Positions 28,155-37,067 of a stretch of 64,000 nt of DNA are shown one piece after another. Source of the DNA: Faecalibacillus sp. (GTDB lineage Bacteria; Bacteroidota; Bacteroidia; Bacteroidales; UBA932); assembly GCA_963604635.1 (NCBI GenBank), contig CAVCRS010000001.1, positions 9,868 through 73,867 of the forward strand, in the 5' to 3' direction. The translations under genes and the position numbers were made by a program. Every line of letters starts with the position of its first letter. The stretch's first letter is position 1. A model generated the notes under the pieces. The model saw only the letters and a list, made by a program, of their open reading frames with translations. It was not told where the DNA came from and did not search any database.

Positions 28155-29888
28155 ATGAGAGTGCGTGACCTCGTATTTATGCTGATTTCCGCAGTTTTAT
28201 GCTGCGCGAGCCACACCGCCGGAGCGCAAGTTCCCGCGGACTCCACGGACTTTGCCGCGCGCGAAAACCTTCTCAAATCGAAGGTCGATTCCCTGCGCGA
28301 GAGCATGAGCCGCCGCCGTCCGGGGAATCTTTCAGTCGCAGAGCTCCGCAGCGTGGGGGACTCCCTGCGCCTGCGCTACGAGTTCGCAGCTTCGGTCAAG
28401 GCTCTGGAGGACGCGCTGGACGCTTCGACGGATTCTCTCGAGCGCCTCGACATCGAAGACAGACTGCTGCTCTCGCGTAACGGCCTGAGTATGACGGACT
28501 ACTGCAGCAAGCCGACCGTCGTAGCACGCAAACGCCTGTCCATCAAGGACTTTTTCCTCTATTACCCGATGCGCGACAGCAGCTGGCGGACACTTCCGAA
28601 CTGTCTCGACTCCCTGACCACGCACCCGCTGGTGCACGCGAGCTATGTTCCGGACGACGCGGAGCGGCTCTACTTCAGCACCGCTGATGAAGGCGGTGTG
28701 CGGAACGTCTATTATACTGAGCATCAAGACTCAGTGTGGTCCGTTCCAAGCCTTGTGAACGAGGGGATGACCACCGCGAGCGATGAGATTTTCCCGGTCC
28801 TGAGCGATGACGGCAAGTCGCTGTACTTCGCATCCGCCGGCCTCTTCGGAATGGGCGGCTATGACCTCTACGTCTCGCACTGGAACGAGCGCACGCGCGA
28901 CTGGGACACTCCGATGAACCTCGGATTCCCGTACAGCTCGCCGTATGACGATTTTCTCTACTGCAATTCCGAGGACGGACGATACACCGTCTTCGCTTCG
29001 AACAGAGCCTGCTCCCGCGACAGTGTAGATATCTATGTGCTTGAGTATGACTCGCTTCCGCTGCACTCCGCAGTCACGGACCCTGGCGAACTCCGCCGTC
29101 TTGCCGCGCTCGACCCTACTGTCAGCCGGCCGGCTCCGCCGTCCAATCCCGCCCCGGCGGCTTCTGTTCCGCAGCAGCCAATGGGGGAAGATATGGCTTC
29201 CTACCTCGAGCAGATGAATACCGTGCGCAGCCTGCGCGATTCCCTGAACACGTTCTCCGCAGAGCTGGATGCCCTGCGCGCCTCCCTCGCCTCCGTATCC
29301 GAAGATGAGCGCAAGGACCTTTCCGCACAGATTCTTCAGAAGGAGATGGACCTCATCCCGCTTCAGAAAGCCCTCGGCGAAGCAAGCAAAGCCCTGCAGG
29401 CCACGGAAATGGCCTTTTTGGAAAAGGGTGTGGTCATAGATCCGGAAAGCCTGATGTCCCCTTCGCGGAAGCCTTCGGAAACTCCGGAGGACAGTGCCCC
29501 TGAAGAATTCAGATTTATCCGCCATTCCTGGGGCAAACCTTTGGGAATGAACATCCTGAAGCCGGAACCGAAGTTCGATCTGACCTTCCGCATCGACTCG
29601 GAGAGCCAGGTTCTGGACGCCGCCACCGCGCTTCCTGACGGAATCATCTATCAGATACAGATTCTCTCCTCCGCCCGTCCGGCCGAAATCAGGGAGTTGC
29701 GCGGCCTGAATCCGGTCTTCCTCAAGTCCGGCGACCGCTACGTATATTCCGTCGGAGCCTTCCGGAGCTACTCCGAAGCCCTCTCCCACCTGAACAGGGT
29801 CCGCACCCTCGGCTTCCGTTCCGCCTTCATCACCGCCCTCCGCGACGGCTCCTCCATCTCCGTCCTCCAGGCCCGCAGCCTGGAATAA
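28155..29888 (+). CDS. Exported protein with PD40 (WD40-like) repeats, coiled coil and C-terminal SPOR-like domain
   Basis: Signal peptide; EIFPVLSDDGKSLYFAS.G..GMGGYDLYVS and PMNLGFPYSSPYDD..FASNR PD40 repeats; C-terminal YQIQI...YSVGAF.SY.EA.....RVR..GF..AFI; -7 box TACTTTTG at 28129 favours ATG 28155. Confidence 0.7.
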   Translation: MRVRDLVFMLISAVLCCASHTAGAQVPADSTDFAARENLLKSKVDSLRESMSRRRPGNLSVAELRSVGDSLRLRYEFAASVKALEDALDASTDSLERLDIEDRLLLSRNGLSMTDYCSKPTVVARKRLSIKDFFLYYPMRDSSWRTLPNCLDSLTTHPLVHASYVPDDAERLYFSTADEGGVRNVYYTEHQDSVWSVPSLVNEGMTTASDEIFPVLSDDGKSLYFASAGLFGMGGYDLYVSHWNERTRDWDTPMNLGFPYSSPYDDFLYCNSEDGRYTVFASNRACSRDSVDIYVLEYDSLPLHSAVTDPGELRRLAALDPTVSRPAPPSNPAPAASVPQQPMGEDMASYLEQMNTVRSLRDSLNTFSAELDALRASLASVSEDERKDLSAQILQKEMDLIPLQKALGEASKALQATEMAFLEKGVVIDPESLMSPSRKPSETPEDSAPEEFRFIRHSWGKPLGMNILKPEPKFDLTFRIDSESQVLDAATALPDGIIYQIQILSSARPAEIRELRGLNPVFLKSGDRYVYSVGAFRSYSEALSHLNRVRTLGFRSAFITALRDGSSISVLQARSLE

Positions 29889-30081
29889 CCTCCGGCTCCG
29901 GTACCCGCCCCGCTAATCCGGAGTGAAATAAGCCGCTTGTTTCACACCGAATCGATATGCTTCGAGCTGATGGGAGAAAAAGGAATAAGCAACGTGTCGC
30001 GACAATTCAATGTCCAGGGCCATCGAACAGGCCCTATACAACCGTTGCTTACTTCTTTATCTCTTTCAAGATTTATCTCTT

Positions 30082-31620
30082 TTACAGATTCCTGAGGAGG
30101 TTGTTCATATTCACCCTCTCATCGATAAGCTTGCGGAGCTCAGTGACAGGAACCCTCTCCTGGGTCATCGTGTCGCGGTCACGGACGGTCACGCAGTTGT
30201 CCACGAGAGAATCGTGATCCACGGTGATGCAGAACGGAGTTCCGATGGCATCCTGACGGCGATAGCGCTTCCCGATGGAATCCTTCTCCTCGTACTGGCA
30301 GTTGAAATCGTATTTCAGGTCATCCATAATCTTCTGGGCGAACTCAGGAAGGCCGTCCTTCTTCACGAGAGGAAGCACTGCAGCCTTAACCGGTGCCAGA
30401 GGGGCCGGGATGCTGAGCACGGTACGGGTCTCGCCGTTTTCGAGAGTCTCCTCCTTGAGGGAATGGCTCAGAACCGCCAGAACCATACGGTCCACACCGA
30501 TGGAAGTCTCGACCACATACGGAGTATAGCTCTCGCCTGTCTCAGGATCGTAATACTGAATCTTCTTGCCGGAGAACTTCTGATGGTTTCCGAGGTCGAA
30601 ATTGGTACGGCTGTGCACACCCTCAAGCTCCTTGAAACCGAACGGGAAGTTGAACTCGATGTCGGTGGCGGCGTTGGCGTAGTGAGCGAGCTTCTCGTGG
30701 TCGTGGAAGCGGTAGTTCTCCGCACCCATTCCGAGATTCACGTGCCACTTCATTCTCTTCTCCTTCCAGGTCTTGAACCAGTCCAGTTCGGTGCCCGGCT
30801 TGATGAAGAACTGCATCTCCATCTGCTCGAACTCCCTCATTCTGAAGATGAACTGACGGGCCACAATCTCATTTCTGAAAGCCTTGCCGATCTGGGCGAT
30901 ACCGAAAGGAATCTTCATACGGCCGGTCTTCTGCACGTTCAGATAGTTCACAAAGATGCCCTGAGCCGTCTCAGGACGCAGATAGATGGTGTTCGCGCCG
31001 TCAGCGGTGCTGCCCATCGAAGTGCTGAACATAAGGTTGAACTGACGGACCTCCGTCCAGTTGCAGGTGCCGCTGATAGGGCAGACAATGCCGCAGTCGA
31101 TGATGATCTGACGGTACTCGGCAAGGTCATTGGCCTGCTCCGCCTTCACGTAACGGTTGTGGACCTCATCGTAGCGGGCCTTCTCGCGGAGGATATTCGG
31201 ATTCGTCTCGCGGAACTTGGCTTCGTCGAAAGCCTCGCCGAACTTCTTGCGTCCCTTCTCCACATCCTTGTTCATCTTCTCCTCGATCTTGCCGAGATAA
31301 TCCTCGATGAGCACATCCGCGCGGTAACGCTTCTTGGAGTCCTTGTTGTCGATAAGCGGGTCATTGAAAGCGCCCACGTGGCCTGAAGCCTCCCAGATCT
31401 TAGGGTGCATGAAGATGCAGGAATCGATGCCGACGATGTTCTCGTTCAGGCGTGTCATCGCATTCCACCAATACTGTTTTATGTTGTTTTTAAGCTCCAC
31501 GCCCATCTGACCGTAGTCATAGACGGCAGCAAGTCCATCGTAGATTTCACTGGAGGGGAAAATGAATCCGTACTCCTTGCAATGTGCTACCAGCACTTTG
31601 AACAGTTCGTCCTGTGTCAT
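30082..31620 (-). CDS. glyQS: Glycine--tRNA ligase (alpha2 type)
   Basis: SSEIYDG, YLRPETAQGIF, GKAFRNE, FRMREFEQMEMQFF, SIGKRYRRQDAIGTP; start MTQDELFK. Confidence 0.96.
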   Translation of the reverse strand: MTQDELFKVLVAHCKEYGFIFPSSEIYDGLAAVYDYGQMGVELKNNIKQYWWNAMTRLNENIVGIDSCIFMHPKIWEASGHVGAFNDPLIDNKDSKKRYRADVLIEDYLGKIEEKMNKDVEKGRKKFGEAFDEAKFRETNPNILREKARYDEVHNRYVKAEQANDLAEYRQIIIDCGIVCPISGTCNWTEVRQFNLMFSTSMGSTADGANTIYLRPETAQGIFVNYLNVQKTGRMKIPFGIAQIGKAFRNEIVARQFIFRMREFEQMEMQFFIKPGTELDWFKTWKEKRMKWHVNLGMGAENYRFHDHEKLAHYANAATDIEFNFPFGFKELEGVHSRTNFDLGNHQKFSGKKIQYYDPETGESYTPYVVETSIGVDRMVLAVLSHSLKEETLENGETRTVLSIPAPLAPVKAAVLPLVKKDGLPEFAQKIMDDLKYDFNCQYEEKDSIGKRYRRQDAIGTPFCITVDHDSLVDNCVTVRDRDTMTQERVPVTELRKLIDERVNMNNLLRNL

Positions 31621-31731
31621 TTTAATAGTATTTTGAACAATTCGTAATATTTCCGAATAACCTGCAAATTTATAAAGACTTTCGCTATTTGACAAACTCC
31701 CGGCCCGCGAGCGCAGCGGAAAAACGGAGCG

Positions 31732-33117
31732 CTAATAGGTGTGCAGACTGAAGCCGCGTGCCGCAGGAAGCAGATTGACCCCCCACCAGCACATCTGCAG
31801 CAGCAGGAAGCAGAAAATCAGAAGATACATAGGAGCGCGCATTGACCGGCCGGCTTCGCCGTCCAATCCCGTACCTCTCATCCTCCTCAGATGCAGGTAG
31901 AGCAGGTAACCCAGCCAGGTGGCGGCGGCCCAGGTCTCCTTCGGATCCCAGGTCCAATAGTCCCCCCACGCCTGCTTCGCCCAGAGCGCTCCCATCGCCA
32001 TTCCCATCGTCAGGAATGCCCAGCCGATGCGAACCAGAGTGTCGCAGAGCCTGAGTTCTGTCCGGATTGGACGCCGCGGGGCGGCGGCCCCGGAAACCGG
32101 ATTGCCGGAAGGTTGCGACTGTGCGGCTTCCGCCTTTTTTCCGCGCGTCAGAATCAGGATGCGGATGGCGAGAACGGTCACGACACCCATCAGCGTGTAT
32201 GCGAAGATGTAGGCCGCGATGTGCGGAACGAGCCACGGACTGCGCAGCGCGGGTATCAGATCCTGCGTATGGACCCCGGGTCTGAAGATGCTTATGCAGA
32301 TGAAAATGACGGACACCGCGATGCTGGCAAGGAACCTGTGCCGCTCCCCCGGTTTTCTGGCTCCGCCGAAGAACGCCATCGCCGCCGCCGAGAAGAGAAT
32401 CAGATAGAGAATGACCTTGTATATTCCTGACAACGGGCAATATACGCATTTCAGCACGCTCGTGAATTCTCCTGTCCCGACGTTCATTCTATAATCCGTC
32501 TGATAGAGCCGCCAGGAGCCGACCTTCGCGGGATGGTTCACACAGACGGCGGTCTCGTAAAAACTCCCGTCGGGGAGCGTAACGGCGACTCCCGAGGTGT
32601 ATGACTCCGCATCGAAACTCTTGAGGGTCAGTTCGAAAGGAAGTTTTCTCGCAGCCCCGGTCCTTTCATCGGACGCCGTATGTACGGGGGTTCCCATAGC
32701 CGCCTCGATTTTCGCCCTTTCCGTCGTCCCTCCGCCGAAAAGGCCGGTAATGAGGATAACGGCCAGGCCCAGATGCGCGCAGGTAGCGCCCAGATGATGG
32801 CGAGGGAAATGGCGGATATCATCTGTCGCGCTCAGCGTCACGCCCGTAGAGAGAAACAGGATGGCCAGCAGGAATACCGGCGAACGCTTCATGGCTCTGA
32901 AACCCAGCGCCCCGAAAAAACCGTTCCCGCCCCCGTCTTGCGGAACGAGTCCGAAGATCAGAAGCAGGAACAGAAGTATAGATATCGAATATATGCAGGC
33001 TTTCCGGCCCGCAAGGATTCTGTACAGGGGCCAGCGCCCACGCCGGGCATAGATGACTGCCAGAAAGCAGACATAGACTATGGCCGCGACGGCGGCTGCC
33101 TGACCGGAGAGAGCCAT
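31732..33117 (-). CDS. ccsA: Fused ResB/CcsB-CcsA cytochrome c synthase (System II heme lyase)
   Basis: ResB-like N-half (AHLGLAVIL, LPFELTLKSF, VNHP....WRLYQ); PALRSPWLVPH; WWD domain GALWAKQAWGDYWTWDPKETW; C-terminal LHTY His; start overlaps the upstream stop (TGATG). Confidence 0.88.
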   Translation of the reverse strand: MALSGQAAAVAAIVYVCFLAVIYARRGRWPLYRILAGRKACIYSISILLFLLLIFGLVPQDGGGNGFFGALGFRAMKRSPVFLLAILFLSTGVTLSATDDIRHFPRHHLGATCAHLGLAVILITGLFGGGTTERAKIEAAMGTPVHTASDERTGAARKLPFELTLKSFDAESYTSGVAVTLPDGSFYETAVCVNHPAKVGSWRLYQTDYRMNVGTGEFTSVLKCVYCPLSGIYKVILYLILFSAAAMAFFGGARKPGERHRFLASIAVSVIFICISIFRPGVHTQDLIPALRSPWLVPHIAAYIFAYTLMGVVTVLAIRILILTRGKKAEAAQSQPSGNPVSGAAAPRRPIRTELRLCDTLVRIGWAFLTMGMAMGALWAKQAWGDYWTWDPKETWAAATWLGYLLYLHLRRMRGTGLDGEAGRSMRAPMYLLIFCFLLLQMCWWGVNLLPAARGFSLHTY

Positions 33118-34019
33118 CAGGCCTGAGCCCACTGCTCGCGCAGGAGTTCGACGGCTTTGGCGACGGTCTCGGCGCGGTCACCTGCGGTGCCGCACTCGAA
33201 GCTGACATACTTGTCGTACCCGATCTCCTTGAGAGCCTTGAACCCGGCGAGATAGTTATCCTTCTCTCCGTCCTCACCAGGCATCAGACGACGTCCGCGG
33301 CTGGCCATATGCACGTGCTGGAGGTATTCCTTGCCGGCTGACATAAACGCGCCGTAGTCTGACGTCTCCTCGGACATATGCCAGAAGTCTCCGAGCACCT
33401 TGACACCCTTGCTGCCGCAGTCGCGGGCTATGGCGGCGGCATCTGCGACCAGACGCAGGTAGAATGCCTCTTTTCTGTTCAGAGGCTCAAGAATCACGTG
33501 TGTACCGCACTCGAGGGCATACTCGCCAAGCTTGTAGAGTTCCTCACAAAGGAAATCGCGGGTCTCCTGAGTATGGGGACGGCAAGGTTTCTGGCTGACA
33601 AAAGCCGGAACCATTATCACTCCGGTGGAGCCGAGTTCTCCCGCGGCGGCGAGAATCTCACGGTAAGTCGTGTCAAAGGCTTCCTTCACTGCAGGGTCTT
33701 CGGCGAGAATGAAGCCGTCGAAACCGGCACAGATGGCGGAAACCTTGATATTCCTGCCGCTGAGAGCCTCCTGAATTTCCTTCACGCGCCCTGAAAGCCC
33801 CCTTCCGCCCGGTTCGAAACCGGTGATGCCGTGGCTCTCCATATAGTCAAGCCTGTCGGAGAGAGTCTCTCCCGGAGCTGTCCATTCCTGAAAAGAAAGG
33901 TTCAGAGGGACCTCGGGCTTTTTCTTGTCAGACGCGGCGGTGCAGCCAGGAAGAATGGAAGCGGCCGCTACGGCAGCACCGCCCATTGCGGTGGCTGTCA
34001 AAAACTGTCTTCTGTCCAT
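33117..34019 (-). CDS. AP-endonuclease-2/xylose-isomerase-like TIM-barrel protein (sugar-phosphate isomerase/epimerase family), Tat lipoprotein
   Basis: MDRRQFL twin-arginine signal plus LPGC lipobox; ILEPLNRKE, GDFWHM, HVHMAS..R..PG, VSFEC metal-binding motifs. Confidence 0.88.
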   Translation of the reverse strand: MDRRQFLTATAMGGAAVAAASILPGCTAASDKKKPEVPLNLSFQEWTAPGETLSDRLDYMESHGITGFEPGGRGLSGRVKEIQEALSGRNIKVSAICAGFDGFILAEDPAVKEAFDTTYREILAAAGELGSTGVIMVPAFVSQKPCRPHTQETRDFLCEELYKLGEYALECGTHVILEPLNRKEAFYLRLVADAAAIARDCGSKGVKVLGDFWHMSEETSDYGAFMSAGKEYLQHVHMASRGRRLMPGEDGEKDNYLAGFKALKEIGYDKYVSFECGTAGDRAETVAKAVELLREQWAQA

Positions 34020-34023
34020 ACTG

Positions 34024-35379
34024 CTATTTGCCTGTTCCCGGAACCGGAACGGTGTATTTGCTCATATCCATCTTGCCGAGCTCGAGTTTCTCAGGCATAT
34101 AATCCAGCTCTGCGGCACTGATTTCATCCCACTTTACGGTCTGGCCGGTATAAGCGGCCTCACGGCCCATCACACCGCACAGAGAAGAGATTCCGCACTC
34201 CCCTGCCTCGACGTGCGCTTCACCCTTGCGGATATGGTTGACCCAGTCCACGTGCTCCAGGACGTAAGGATTAGTCTGCTGATACTGAGCCTTTTCTGCC
34301 TCTGCGTCGAACTGCCAGATGATATTGTTCTGATAGTCGCGGATAGCGAAGTCGCTCGAACTCCACCAGCCTTTGGTACCGCGTACGACCTCGCCGACAT
34401 TGCTGGAACAGCCGTCTATCTGGCGGCACATACTGTGCAGATGCACACCGTTCTCATACTCGAAGTCTATGCTGAAGTTATCGTACTGGTCACCGGTGAT
34501 GCGTCTCTGGCGGCTGCCGAAGCCGGTCGCCGCTACAGGGTGCTTGCCTATCATCCAGTTGAATACGTCGATATTGTGAACGTGCTGCTCCACGATATGG
34601 TCACCCGAAAGCCACTTCCAGTTCACCCAGTCGCGGATCATCCATTCCATATCGCTCCAGCCCCTCTGGCGCTCGCGATACCAGAGCATTCCCTGGTTCC
34701 AGTAAACGTTGCCGCCGGTAATCTCACCGATCAGACCTTCCTGAATCTTCTTGAAAGACTCCACATAAGGTCTCTGGTGATGGCGCTGGGTTCCGGTAAC
34801 CACGCTGAGCCCCTTGGTCTCGGCCTGCTTGGCGGTAGCCATAATCAGACGGTAACCCTTTGCATCCACTGCGATAGGTTTCTCGAGGAAGGAGTGGACT
34901 CCCTTCTCGGTCGCATACTGGAAATGTGAAGGACGGAAAACGGGAGGAGTGGCCACGATGACCATATCCACGCCGGAATCGATGACCTGCTTGTAAGCAT
35001 CGAAGCCCACAAAGCAGTGGTCTTCAGGAACTTCCTGAGACCTTTCATTCTTCAGTTTCTCACGGAGGTCATTCAGACGGTCTGCAAAGACATCGCCGAG
35101 TGCGGTCACCTTGATGCCGTCGGCGGCATCCAGCAGGTTTCCGATGGCACCGCTTCCGCGGCCGCCGCAGCCGATGACTCCGACCTTCAGCTCCTTTCCG
35201 TCGATCGCCTTGTCAGCAAGCTCCGGTACATAGTACTCGCCTGCCTGGCGCAAAGGAGTCACTTTTTCTGATTTCTTACCATTACCGCAGGCTGACAGCA
35301 ATACACTGCCGCCTACAAGGCCCACGCCGATTTTGGCGCTGCGTCCGAGAAAATCTCTTCTGTCCATTTTATTACCCAT
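34024..35379 (-). CDS. Gfo/Idh/MocA NAD(P)-dependent oxidoreductase, Tat lipoprotein
   Basis: MDRRDFL twin-arginine signal plus LSAC lipobox; VGVIGCGGRG Rossmann motif, VATPP, FLEKP, GTQRHH, GDHIVEQHVHNID. Confidence 0.93.
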   Translation of the reverse strand: MGNKMDRRDFLGRSAKIGVGLVGGSVLLSACGNGKKSEKVTPLRQAGEYYVPELADKAIDGKELKVGVIGCGGRGSGAIGNLLDAADGIKVTALGDVFADRLNDLREKLKNERSQEVPEDHCFVGFDAYKQVIDSGVDMVIVATPPVFRPSHFQYATEKGVHSFLEKPIAVDAKGYRLIMATAKQAETKGLSVVTGTQRHHQRPYVESFKKIQEGLIGEITGGNVYWNQGMLWYRERQRGWSDMEWMIRDWVNWKWLSGDHIVEQHVHNIDVFNWMIGKHPVAATGFGSRQRRITGDQYDNFSIDFEYENGVHLHSMCRQIDGCSSNVGEVVRGTKGWWSSSDFAIRDYQNNIIWQFDAEAEKAQYQQTNPYVLEHVDWVNHIRKGEAHVEAGECGISSLCGVMGREAAYTGQTVKWDEISAAELDYMPEKLELGKMDMSKYTVPVPGTGK

Positions 35380-35383
35380 ATTA

Positions 35384-36919
35384 TTAATTATGAATTATTT
35401 CTTCAGGAACATCGCACACTACTCTGAAGCCGATGCCTTTTATGTCTGAATACCACCAGATGCTCTTCGGGTTCTGAGGGTCGGTACGAAGCCAGTCATC
35501 GTGGTGAGTATGGCTTCTGGCCGCACAGCGTACCTTCGATGCGTCATCCGAGTACGAACCTCCGCGCACCACGAATTCATCCCCGCTTTCCGGTCCCTTC
35601 GGGTCCAGAGCCCCGTCGGAAATCCCAGAATACGCATTCTCCGCATAGCGGTCGGCGCAGTATTCCATTACGTTACCCAGCATATTCTTGAGTCCGAACG
35701 GATTAGGCTTCACGTCCGAAGGCTCCTGGGTCTTTCCGAAACTGTCCTGTGCATAGACCACATAGCGTGTGATGAAAGTCGTGTCAGCACCGAAAACCTT
35801 GCTTCTGAAAGTCTCGGCGGACAGTCTGCGGGGATCGCCCTCGAAAAAGTATGGAGTCTGGGTTCCGCCGCGGGCGGCATACTCCCACTCAGCCTCCGTA
35901 GGGAGGCGATAGTTTCGTCCTGTCTTGAGCGACAGCCACTGGCAGAAAGTTTCAGCCGCATAATGTGTCATCGTTATGGCCGGGCGGTCGCCCATTCCCC
36001 AACCCTGGTCAGGGAAACCGAACGGCGGCGTAGGACCGCTGACGGCGTCCACGTCGGGACGGGAATTGTTCGCATAGATTTTTTCCGGCGGAGTGCGGCC
36101 CTCGGACATAGTCTCGTTATAGAAGGCCCAGAACTGGCTCCAGGTCACCTCCACCTCAGCCATAAAGAACGGGGAGATCCTGACTCTGCGCGCAGGCCCC
36201 TCATCGGCATTGCGGAAAGGCTCGTCCTCGGGACTGCCGAGAGTGAATTCGCCGCCCGGAATAGCCACCATTCTGATCGCGGCCGATGTCCCCGGCACGG
36301 TCTCGGTGAAGTTTTCGAAAGATGTAACCTGTGCCGCAGAGTCGTATTTCACGCTGCTGCCGGTATCCATCACCTTGCCTTCCAGACGCTTGTGCTGATA
36401 GCCAGGCATCTCGTGTCCGGTGTTCAGATGGCAGCTGATGCACTGCAGGTCGAGTTTTTCGGAATTTTCATCGTAATACAGGTGGGCGACGATGCCGTCA
36501 TCGGAAATTCCCGAAGGGAAAAGATTCTTGTGACATTTCTCACAGGACTCGTTATAGACTATCCGTGTGCCGTTTTCGAGCGTGCGTTTCGCATTCCAGT
36601 CTATCTCGTCAGGATTCTTTGTCATCTTGGCCCACAGATCTTTCGCCCCGATTCTGGCCTTTGTCATATAATAGCGCAGATAGCCGTTCTCTTTCGGGGG
36701 AAGATGACAGGCGGCGCAGTCGGTAACGACTCCGCTTTTACTGTTGTAATGTTCAGCCTTTTTCCAGTCCGCATCAGCCTGCTCGTGGTAGTGGCAGCTC
36801 ATGCAGTAATCATTCGTGGAAGTGCGGTTCAGAGCACCTCCAGCCGCGATTACAGCGCACACTCCGACCGCCAGCCCTCCGAGACCGGCCCACAAGACCC
36901 ATTTACCTTTTCCTTTCAT
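35384..36919 (-). CDS. Membrane-anchored NapC/NirT/NrfH tetraheme cytochrome c fused to an FGE-sulfatase (SUMF1-fold) domain
   Basis: N-terminal TM helix; four CxxCH motifs (CMSCH, CAACH, CEKCH, CISCH); KARIGAKD quinol-site-like motif; C-half MVAIPGGEFTLGS, EVTWSQF, YRLPTEAEWEYAARGG, PNPFGLKNMLGNVMEY, VRGGSY, IGFRVV. Confidence 0.9.
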   Translation of the reverse strand: MKGKGKWVLWAGLGGLAVGVCAVIAAGGALNRTSTNDYCMSCHYHEQADADWKKAEHYNSKSGVVTDCAACHLPPKENGYLRYYMTKARIGAKDLWAKMTKNPDEIDWNAKRTLENGTRIVYNESCEKCHKNLFPSGISDDGIVAHLYYDENSEKLDLQCISCHLNTGHEMPGYQHKRLEGKVMDTGSSVKYDSAAQVTSFENFTETVPGTSAAIRMVAIPGGEFTLGSPEDEPFRNADEGPARRVRISPFFMAEVEVTWSQFWAFYNETMSEGRTPPEKIYANNSRPDVDAVSGPTPPFGFPDQGWGMGDRPAITMTHYAAETFCQWLSLKTGRNYRLPTEAEWEYAARGGTQTPYFFEGDPRRLSAETFRSKVFGADTTFITRYVVYAQDSFGKTQEPSDVKPNPFGLKNMLGNVMEYCADRYAENAYSGISDGALDPKGPESGDEFVVRGGSYSDDASKVRCAARSHTHHDDWLRTDPQNPKSIWWYSDIKGIGFRVVCDVPEEIIHN

Positions 36920-36947
36920 CCCGAAAACCGTTTCAGCAAAAATCCCT

Positions 36948-36955
36948 CAAAGTTA
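36948..36955 (-). promoter_or_regulatory. -7 promoter box of the cytochrome/oxidoreductase operon
   Basis: Minus strand TAACTTTG about 28 nt upstream of ATG 36919. Confidence 0.6.
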
Positions 36956-36991
36956 AGCAAAAGGTCTAAGAGAACAAGCATTGTAAGTCCC

Positions 36992-37030
36992 AAAAACGGC
37001 GGAATTTTTGTAAAATAATTCCGCCGTTTT
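36992..37030 (-). terminator. Intrinsic terminator after the DUF1080 gene
   Basis: AAAACGGCGGAATT/AATTCCGCCGTTTT 14-bp inverted repeat with A/T tails. Confidence 0.7.
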
Positions 37031-37067
37031 CACTTAGCCCTCACTCGTGAGGTTCGTTGACAAATTT

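Noticed and set aside
35384..36320. FGE/CLec-fold domain as a diversity-generating retroelement target
   Set aside because: No reverse transcriptase and no template-repeat/variable-repeat pair seen in the window
35384..36919. Nitrite or nitrate reductase (nrfHA/nap) cluster
   Set aside because: No NrfA (CxxCK pentaheme) or NapA gene in the window; neighbours are sugar-active families
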